DNA of 64,000 nucleotides from Candidatus Oxydemutator sp. (GTDB lineage: Bacteria > Pseudomonadota > Gammaproteobacteria > Poriferisulfidales > Oxydemutatoraceae). A program made the translations under genes and the position numbers. Numbering within the stretch: position 1 is the first letter of the stretch; the number at the start of each line of letters is the position of its first letter. Below are positions 1-10,800 of the stretch, one piece after another. The notes beneath the pieces are model-generated. The model did no database searches and was not told where the DNA came from. It worked only from the letters and a program-made list of their open reading frames with translations. The stretch spans positions 768,001 to 832,000 of the forward strand of contig OZ241883.1 of assembly GCA_965203445.1 (NCBI GenBank). Reading direction: 5' to 3'.

Positions 1-3000
1 CAAATTGCCCGGCAACTGATTGCGACCCCCGCCCCCTATCGGGTCCCAGTTGCCGCCCGACAAGTCCAGGTCGTTCAGCAATTCGTAGCCCTTGCACCTG
101 CCCGGACACGTCTCGAACTCGTCAAAAAGTGGAAATGCGGCTTCGTAGTCATCCACGTCTCCATCGGCCACGCCGCGCAAACCCATCCCGCCCAGATCAT
201 AGCCAATCGCCTCCAACTGCGACCTTGTCGTTACCTCTATCAGATTGTCGTTGTCGAGGTCGTAATCGGTTCCATGCGAGGCGATAGCACTGACGACCGC
301 GGAATCGGCGGCACTCAAACGCACGCCGTCCGGGGCTTGCAAACTGCTTAACCGCACCCGAAACGCCTCTCTCGACTCCGACGTCCCGTCCTCCGCTATC
401 CGGATCCCGAAAACCGCGCTGGCGGTGTCGACGAGAGTTACCGTCCCTCGCGTCGCCCCGACGAAATCGGCCGCCTCGGCGTGGCGGGCACCGACACCGA
501 CAAGCTCCACCGACCAACTCACCGTCACCGCGGCTCTGCTGCGAAAATCCAATTCCACCGCGTACGTTACCGTCGAGCCTTCCGCTATCGGATCGTCGCC
601 TCGCTGCGACAACACTACCAATACCGGCGGCTGCAAGCGCCGCTGCACGCCGACATTCGTGCTGTTGCCGGTGGGATAACGCGCGCTCACGCCGCGCAAC
701 ACCGGATAATCCGAACTACTCCCGAAATCCCACGGCGCGTCGTTGAAGTCGCCATCGCCGTCCAGATCCAACTGGTCCCAACCGGCGTAGATGGTGCCCA
801 CGGCCGTCGTCGGCGCGCGCAACTCGGTGGACGTCTTCGACGAACGATCCGGCGACGGCACGTTCGTGCCGCAGCACGCAATCTGCGCGGTGCGCCCGCG
901 GTCAAAGTAGCTCGACTGAATCTTGACGGATGATCCGCGCGACCCTATCAGACCACCGTCCTGGTTCCCGGTCTCTTCCACTCGCCCGATGCTGTAACTG
1001 GCGCTCACTACGCTCATGTCGCCGGCACCGCCTATCAAGCCGCCTTTCGCTCGATTCGGGGGAACGGTCGCGGCGCTCACCGACACGTTGGTATAACTCG
1101 CCACCACCCTCCCCTTTGCCCCGGTCAACGCGCCTACCAGGCCGCCCACTCCCCAGCCGCCCGTCACCGACCCGCGCACCACGTAACTCGACGCTATCCT
1201 GCCATAGGCAACCCCCGCCAACGCACCCGTCTGTATGCTGGTTTCATCCACCGTCACGTTCACGTCCACCAGACCCACGTTGCGGACGACACTGGCGGCG
1301 CCCAGGCCGCGGAACAAACCCACAAAGTCCCATCGGTTACTCCCGCCGACAATGCGCATGTTCTCGATAACGTGGCCGTGACCCTCGAACGTCCCGTGGT
1401 AACGGTTCTCATCAGGCAGCAAATTGCCCGGCAACTGATTGCGACCCCCGCCCCCTATCGGGTCCCAGTTGCCGCCCGACAAGTCCAGGTCGTTCACCAA
1501 CTCGTAGCCTTTGCAGCCGCCCGGACACCCGCTTTCGTCGAAAAACGGAAACGCTTCGTCGTAAGCAACCATGTCTCCATCGGCCACGCCGCGCAAGCCC
1601 ATACCGCCCAAGTCATAGCCAATCGCCTCCAACTGCGACCTTGTCGTTACCTCTATCAGATTGTCGTTGTCGAGGTCGTAATCGGTTCCATGCGATCTGA
1701 TAACGCTGACGACCGCGGAACTGGCGGCGCTCAAACGCACGTTGTCCGGCGCCTGCAATTCGCTCAACCGCACTCGAAACATCTCTCTCCGTTCCGGCGT
1801 CCCGTCCTCCGTTACCCGTATACTGAAAACCGCGCTGTCGGTGTTGACGAGGGTTATCGTCCCTCGCGTCGCACCGGAAAAATCGGCCGCCTCGGCGTGG
1901 CGGGCACCGACACCGACAAGCTCCACCGACCAACTCACCGTCACCGCGGCTCTGCTGCGAAAATCCAATTCCACCGCGTACGTTACCGTCGAGCCTTCCG
2001 CTATCGGATCGTCGCCTCGCTGCGACAGCGTCACCAATACCGGCGGCTGCAAGCGCCGCTGCACGCCGACATTCGTGCTGTTGCCGGTGGGATAACGCGC
2101 GCTCACGCCGCGCAGCACCGGATAATCCGAACTACTCCCGAAATCCCACGGCGCGTCGTTGAAGTCGCCATCGCCGTCCAGATCCAACTGGTCCCAACCG
2201 GCGTAGATGGTGCCCACGGCCGTCGTCGGCGCGCGCAACTCGGTGGACGTCTTCGACGAACGATCCGGCGACGGCACGTTCGTGCCGCAGCACGAACTCA
2301 GCCTGGCGCGCACGCGATCAAAGTAGCTTGCCTGAATCTCGGCCGACGTGGCGCGAGCACCCGCCAGACCGCCGACCTCGGAACCGCTCCTTCGCAGCAT
2401 CGCCACCGTGTAACTGGCGCTCACTATGCTCATGTCGGAAAGCCTGCCTGCCAGACCGCCCAACGGCCGATTCAGGCTATCCACCAATACGTCGGCATAA
2501 CTGGCAATGATGATTCCACTCCCGTCCAATGTGCCCACCAGACCGCCTATGCCCCAACCGCCGTGCACCTCGCCGCCCACCACGTAACTCGACGCTATCC
2601 TGCCGGAGGCAACCCCGGCCAACGCGCCCGTCTGTATGCTGGTTTCATCCACCGTCACGCTCACGTCCACCAGACCCACGTTGCGGACGACACTGGCGGC
2701 GCCCAGGCCGCGGAACAAACCCACAAAGTCCCATCGGTTACTCCCGCCGACAATGCGCATGTTCTCGATAACGTAGCCGTGACCCTCGAACGTCCCGTTG
2801 TAACGGTTCTCATCAGGCAGCAAATCGCCCGGCAACTGATTGCGACCCCCGCCCCCTATCGGGACCCAGTCCTCGCCCGACAAGTCCAAATCATTCGACA
2901 ACTCATAGCCTTTGCAGCCGCCCGGACACCCGTTTTCCTCGAAGCCCGGAAAGGCTTCTTCGTAAGCAGCCGCGTCGTCCCCATCGGCCACGCCACGCAA

Positions 3001-6000
3001 ACCCATCCCGCCCAGATCATAGCCAATCGCCTCCAACTGCGACCTTGTCGTTACCTCTATCAGATTGTCGTTGTCGAGGTCGTAATCGGTTCCATGCGAG
3101 GCGATAGCACTGACGACCGCGGAACTGGCGGCGCTCAAACGCACGTTGTCCGGGCCTTGCAAATTGCTTACCCTTACTCGATAACTCTCTCTCCGTTCCG
3201 ACGCCCCGTCCTCCGTTACCCGTATGCTGAAAACCGCGCTGTCGGTGTTGACGAGAGTTATCGTCCCTCGCGTCGCACCGGAAAAATCGGCCGCCTCGGC
3301 GTGGCGGGCACCGACACCGACAAGCTCCACCGACCAACTCACCGTCACCGCGGCTCTGCTGCGAAAATCCAGTTCCACCGCGTACGTTACCGTCGAGCCT
3401 TCCGCTATCGGATCGTCGCCTCGCTGCGACAACACTACCAATACCGGCGGCTGCAAGCGCCGCTGCACGCCGACATTCGTGCTGTTGCCGGTGGGATAAC
3501 GCGCGCTCACGCCGCGCAACACCGGATAATCCGAACTACTCCCGAAATCCCACGGCGCGTCGTTGAAGTCGCCATCGCCGTCCACGTCCAACTGGTCCCA
3601 ACCAGCGTAGATGGTGCCCACGGCCGTCGTCGGCGCGCGCAACTCGGTGGACGTCTTCGACGAACGATCCGGCGACGGCACGTTCGTGCCGCAGCACGCA
3701 ATCTGCGCGGTGCGCCCGCGGTCAAAGTAGCTCGACTGAATCTTGACGGATGATCCGCGCGACCCTATCAGACCACCGTCCTGGTTCCCGGTCTCTTCCA
3801 CTCGCCCGATGCTGTAACTGGCGCTCACTACGCTCATGTCGCCGGCACCGCCTATCAAGCCGCCTTTCGCTCGATTCGGGGGAACGGTCGCGGCGCTCAC
3901 CGACACGTTGGTATAACTCGCCACCACCCTCCCCTTTGCCCCGGTCAACGCGCCTACCAGGCCGCCCACTCCCCAGCCGCCCGTCACCGACCCGCGCACC
4001 ACGTAACTCGACGCTATCCTGCCATAGGCAACCCCCGCCAACGCGCCCGTCTGTATGCTGGTTTCATCCACCGTCACGTTCACGTCCACCAGACCCACGT
4101 TGCGGACGACACTGGCGGCGCCCAGGCCGCGGAACAAACCCACAAAGTCCCATCGGTTACTCCCGCCGACAATGCGCATGTTCTCGATAACGTGGCCGTT
4201 GCCTTCGAACGTCCCGTGGTAACGGTTCTCATCAGGCAGCAAATCGCCCGGCAACCGATTGCGACCCCCGCCCCCTATCGGGTCCCAGTTGCCGCCCGAC
4301 AAGTCCAGGTCGTTCACCAACTCGTAGCCTTTGCAGCCGCCCGGACACCCGCTTTCGTCGAAAAACGGAAACGCTTCGTCGTAAGCAACCATGTCTCCAT
4401 CGGCCACGCCGCGCAAACCCATCCCGCCCAGATCATAGCCAATCGCCTCCAACTGCGACCTTGTCGTTACCTCTATCAGATTGTCGTTGTCGAGGTCGTA
4501 ATCGGTTCCATGCGATCTGATAACGCTGACGACCGCGGAACTGGCGGCGCTCAAACGCACGTTGTCCGGCGCCTGCAATTCGCTCAACCGCACTCGAAAC
4601 ATCTCTCTCCGTTCCGACGCCCCGTCCTCCGTTACCCGTATACTGAAAACCGCGCTGTCGGTGTTGACGAGGGTTATCGTCCCTCGTGTCGCACCGGAAA
4701 AATCGGCCGCCTCGGCGTAGACGGGGCCGACGCCGACGGTTTCCACCAACCAACTCATCGTCGCGATGCCGACGACGCCGTCCAATTCCACCGCGTACGT
4801 TACCGTCGAGCCTTCCGCTATCGGATCGTCGCCTCGCTGCGACAGCGTCACCAATACCGGCGGCTGCAAGCGCCGCTGCACGCCGACATTCGTGCTGTTG
4901 CCGGTGGGATAACGCGCGCTCACGCCGCGCAACACCGGATAATCCAGACTACTCCCGAAATCCCACGGCGCGTCGTTGAAGTCGCCATCGCCGTCCACGT
5001 CCAACTGGTCCCAACCGGCGTAGATGGTGCCCACGGCCGTCGTCGGCGCGCGCAACTCGGTGGACGTCTTCGACGAACGATCCGGCGACGGCACGTTCGT
5101 GCCGCAGCACGCAATCTGCGCGGTGCGCCCGCGGTCAAAGTAGCTCGACTGAATCTTGACGGATGATCCGCGCGACCCTATCAGACCACCGTCCTGGTTC
5201 CCGGTCTCTTCCACTCGCCCGATGCTGTAACTGGCGCTCACTACGCTCATGTCGCCGGCACCGCCTATCAAGCCGCCTTTCGCTCGATTCGGGGGAACGG
5301 TCGCGGCGCTCACCGACACGTTGGTATAACTCGCCACCACCCTCCCCTTTGCCCCGGTCAACGCGCCTACCAGGCCGCCCACTCCCCAGCTGCCCGTCAC
5401 CGACCCGCGCACCACGTAACTCGACGCTATCCTGCCATAGGCAACCCCCGCCAACGCGCCCGTCTGGACGCTGCTCGCAGGCACCTCCACGTTCACGTCC
5501 ACCAGACCCACGTTGCGGACGACACTGGCGGCGCCCAGGCCGCGGAACAAACCCACAAAGTCCCATCGGTTACTCCCGCCGACAATGCGCATGTTCTCGA
5601 TAACGTAGCCGTTGCCTTCGAACGTCCCGTTGTAACGGTTCTCATCAGGCAGCAAATTGCCCGGCAACTGATTGCGACCCCCGCCCCCTATCGGAACCCA
5701 GTCCTCGCCCGACAAGTCCAAATCATTCGACAACTCGTAGCCTTTGCACCTGCCCGGACACGTCTCGAACTCGTCAAAAAGTGGAAATGCGGCTTCGTAG
5801 TCATCCACGTCTCCATCGGCCACGCCGCGCAAGCCCATACCGCCCAAGTCATAGCCAATCGCCTCCAACTGCGACCTTGTCGTTACCTCTATCAGATTGT
5901 CGTTGTCGAGGTCGTAATCGGTTCCATGCGATCTGATAACGCTGACGACCGCGGAACTGGCGGCGCTCAAATGCACGTTGTCCGGGCCTTGCAAATTGCT

Positions 6001-7870
6001 TACCCTTACTCGAAACATCTCTCTCCGTTCCGGCGTCCCGTCCTCCGTTACCCGTATACTGAAAACCGCGCTGTCGGTGTTGACGAGGGTTATCGTCCCT
6101 CGCGTCGCACCGGAAAAATCGGCCGCCTCGGCGTGGCGGGCACCGACACCGACAAGCTCCACCGACCAACTCACCGTCACCGCGGCTCTGCTGCGAAAAT
6201 CCAGTTCCACCGCGTACGTCACCGTCGAACCTTCCGCTATCGGATCGTCGCCTCGCTGCGACAGCGTCACCAATACCGGCGGCTGCAAGCGCCGCTGCAC
6301 GCCGACATTCGTGCTGTTGCCGGTGGGATAACGCGCGCTCACGCCGCGCAACACCGGATAATCCAGACTACTCCCGAAATCCCACGGCGCGTCGTTGAAG
6401 TCGCCATCGCCGTCCACGTCCAACTGGTCCCAACCGGCGTAGATGGTGCCCACGGCCGTCGTCGGCGCGCGCAACTCGGTGGACGTCTTCGACGAACGAT
6501 CCGGCGACGGCACGTTCGTGCCGCAGCACGCAATCTGCGCGGTGCGCCCGCGGTCAAAGTAGCTCGACTGAATCTTGACGGATGATCCGCGCGACCCTAT
6601 CAGACCACCGTCCTGGTTCCCGGTCTCTTCCACTCGCCCGATGCTGTAACTGGCGCTCACTACGCTCATGTCGCCGGCACCGCCTATCAAGCCGCCTTTC
6701 GCTCGATTCGGGGGAACGGTCGCGGCGCTCACCGACACGTTGGTATAACTCGCCACCACCCTCCCCTTTGCCCCGGTCAACGCGCCTACCAGGCCGCCCA
6801 CTCCCCAGCCGCCCGTCACCGACCCGCGCACCACGTAACTCGACGCTATCCTGCCATAGGCAACCCCCGCCAACGCGCCCGTCTGTATGCTGGTTTCATC
6901 CACCGTCACGTTCACGTCCACCAGACCCACGTTGCGGACGACACTGGCGGCGCCCAGGCCGCGGAACAAACCCACAAAGTCCCATCGGTTACTCCCGCCG
7001 ACAATGCGCATGTTCTCGATAACGTGGCCGTGACCCTCGAACGTCCCGTGGTAACGGTTCTCATCAGGCAGCAAATTGCCCGGCAACTGATTGCGACCCC
7101 CGCCCCCTATCGGGTCCCAGTTGCCGCCCGACAAGTCCAGGTCGTTCACCAACTCGTAGCCCTCGCACCTGCCCGGACACGTCTCGAACTCGTCAAAAAG
7201 TGGAAATGCGGCTTCGTAGTCATCCACGTCTCCATCGGCCACGCCACGCAAACCCATCCCGCCCAGATCATAGCCAATCGCCTCCAACTGCGACCTTGTC
7301 GTTACCTCTATCAGATTGTCGTTGTCGAGGTCGTAATCGGTTCCATGCGAGGCGATAGCACTGACGACCGCGGAACTGGCGGCACTCAAACGCACGCCGT
7401 CCGGGGCTTGCAAACTGCTTAACCGCACCCGAAACGCCTCTCTCGACTCCGACGTCCCGTCCTCCGCTATCCGGATCCCGAAAACCGCGCTGGCGGTGTC
7501 GACGAGAGTTACCGTCCCTCGCGTCGCCCCGACGAAATCGGCCGCCTCGGCGTGGCGGGCGCCGACTCCGACAAGCTCCACCGACCAACTCACCGTCACC
7601 GCGGCCGTGCTGCGAACGCCAAGTTCCACCGCGTACGTTACCGTAGAACCTTCCGCTATCGGATCGCCGCTTCGCTGCGACAACGCCACCAACGATACCG
7701 ACGGCCGCAAGCGCCGCTGCACGGCGACATTCGTGCTGTTGCCGGTGAGATAACGCGCGCTCACGCCGCGCAACACCGGATAATCCGAACTACTCCCGAA
7801 ATCCCACGGCGCGTCGTTGAAGTCGCCGTCGTCGTCCACATCCAATTTGTCCCAACCGGCGTAGATGCCC
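1..7870. repeat. Intragenic tandem repeat, ~1.41 kb period, ~5.5 near-identical units
   Basis: The motif caaat(t/c)gcccggcaac recurs at ~1, 1420, 2821, 4240, 5652, 7071; identical shadow ORFs recur with the same period. Confidence 0.95.
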
Positions 7871-10800
7871 ACGGCCGCTGTCGGAGTGCGCAGCTCGAAG
7901 AACTTCCTGGGCGACCGATCCGGCGACGGCGGGTTCGCGCCGCAGCACGACGTCTGCCCGGTGCGATCGCGGTCAAAGTAGCTTGACTGGATCTCCACCA
8001 TAGATCCACGATACCCCATCAAACCGCCTCTATGAGGCCCCCCGCCGGTCGGAACCCCTATCGTGTAGCTGGCGCTCACTATGGACACGCCCTGGGCGCT
8101 GCCTATCAAACCGCCCGCTCTTTGCCTCCTGCCATGCACCGCGGCGTCGCTATAACCGGCAATCACGCTTCCCCCGCGCGTCTCGCCTACCAGACCGCCT
8201 ACGGCCCAGCTACCGGTCACCACCCCGCCAACCGCGTAACTCGCCGCTATCCTGCCGTAGGCGATCCCCACCAACGCGCCTACCCCCACGCTTTCAGGCG
8301 CATGCACACTCACGTTCTCCATACCCACCGAACGGATCTTGCCGCCGGCGCCCAAGGCGCCGAACAAGCCCACGCCGTCATAACGATCACTGCCGACGGC
8401 TTGTGTGAACTTCATGTTCCTGACGATGTGGCCGTTGCCTTCGAATACGGCGTCGTAGCGGTCCGATGTTCCCCCTCCGCCTATCGGCATCCAGTTGTCC
8501 ACACTCGACAAGTCCACGTCGTTCACCAACTCGTAGCCCTTGCAACCGCCCGGACACCCGCTTTCGTCGAAACCCGGAAAGGCCCTGTCGTAGGCAGCCA
8601 CGTCTCCATCGGCCACGCCGCGAAAACCCATACCGCCCAAGTCATGGCGGATCGCCGCCAACTGCGACGTCGTCGCAACGTCTATCAGATTGTTGTCGTC
8701 GTGGTCGTAATCGCTTCCATTCTGTACGATGGCACTGACGACCGCGGAACTGGCGACGCTCAGGGCTATCCTGTCCGAGGCCTGCAATGCGCTCAAACGC
8801 ACCCGAAAACTCTCTCTCGGTTCCGTCGTTCCGTCCCTCGCTATCCCGACCCGGAAAACCGCGCTGTTGGTATTGACGAGAGTGATCACCCCTCGCGTCA
8901 CCGCGACAAAATCGGCCGCCTCGGCGTAGCCGTCGCCGACGCCGACGGGTTCCACCGACCAGCTCATCGCCACCACGACGCCACTGCTGGCGACGCTGTC
9001 GCTGACGTCCAATCCCACCGCGTACGTCACCGTCGAACCTTCCGTCAGCAGACCGCCGTTTCGCTGCGACAACGCCACCAATACCGGCGGCTGCAAGCGC
9101 CGCTGCACGCCGACGTTCGTACTGTTGCCGGTGGGATAACGCGCGCTGACGCCGCGCAACAACGGATAATCCAGACCGCTCCCGAAATCCCACGGCGCGT
9201 CGTCGTTGAAGTCGTCGTCACCAAGCTGATCCACGCCGTCCACGTCCAATTTGTTCCAACCGGTGTAGATGCCCACGGCCGTCGTCGGAGCACGCAAATC
9301 CCGGCCCGCCCTGCGCGTTGTCGCGGGCACGCGGATACCGTTGCCCCAAGTACTACGGGTGCCGTCGAAGTAACTGTTTTCTATCTCCCCTGGATTAACC
9401 CTGTTTTGGATACCGACCAGACCGCCGGCATTGTCGCCTCCCGCGAACAAACCGGACGAATAACTCGCTATGACCTTTCCGCTATTAAAATACACCAGAC
9501 CTCCGGCTAACGAACCATTCCCCACGACCCTTACCGCCACGTCGACATAACTGGCGACGATCAACCCACCATTCCCACCCACCAGACCGCCCGCAGCCCC
9601 ACCGAACGAAGGGGCCACGAGAGTCACTGTGCCACCCACCACGTAACTCGCCGCCACCTTCCCGTAATTGTCGCCCACCAGCGCACCTCCAGTATTGCGC
9701 CCGGACACGTCCACGTCCACCAGACCCACGTTGCGGATGACGCCATCCACACCCACGACACGAAACAAGCCTGTACGATTCCCCGGATCGTTCACATGCA
9801 GATTTCTGATGATGTGGCCGTTGCCTTCGAATACGGCGTTGTAGCGAAGCGACAAAGGAGACTCCTCCCCTATCGGTACCCAGTCCACACCAGCAAGGTC
9901 CACGTCGTTCAGCAATTCATAGCCGGTGCAGGTGTCGGGACAAGAGTCGAGCACGTCAAAAAACGGAAATGCGTCTTCGTAATCAATCACGTCTCCATCG
10001 GCCACGCCGCGCAAACCCATACCGCCCAAGTCATAGCGGATCGCCGCCAACTGCGACGTCGTCGCAACGTCTATCAGATTGTTGTCGTCGCGGTCATAAT
10101 CGGTTCCATGCGGCTCAATAAAACTGATGACCGAGGAACTGGCGGCACGCAAACGCACGTTGTCCGGGCCTCGCAAATTGCTTAATCTCACTCGAAATCT
10201 CTCTGCCCGTTCCGACGTCCCGTCCTCCTCTATCTTCACCCCGAAAACCGCGCTGTTGGTGTTGACGAGAGTTATCGTCTCTTGCGTCGTCCCGACAAAA
10301 TCAGCCGCCTCGGCGTAGCCGGTGCCGACGCCGACGGTTTCTACCGACCAACTCACCGTCACCGCGGCCCTGCTGCGAAAATCCAGTTCCACCGCGTACG
10401 TCACCGTCGAGCCTTCCGCCGCCAGACCGCCGCTTCGTTGCGACAACGCCATCAGCACCGGCGGCTGCAAGCGCCGCTGGACGCCGATATTCGTGGTGTT
10501 GCCGGCGAGATAACGCGCGCTCACGCCGCGCAACAACGGATAATCAAAACCACTTCCGAAATCCCACGGCGCGTCGTTGCGCTCGCCGTCGCCGTCCAGA
10601 TCCAACCTGTCCCAACCGGCGTAGATGGTGCCCACGGCCGTCGTCGGCGCGCGCAACTCGGCCGACGTCCTCGACGTATGCACGTCATTCGACGGCATGT
10701 TTCGGCCACAGCACGTAGTCTGACCGCTGCGCCCCCGATCATAGTAGCTTGCCTGAACGTCATATTCATCGGCGTCGAGTTCGTTACGCTGCCCCACCAG

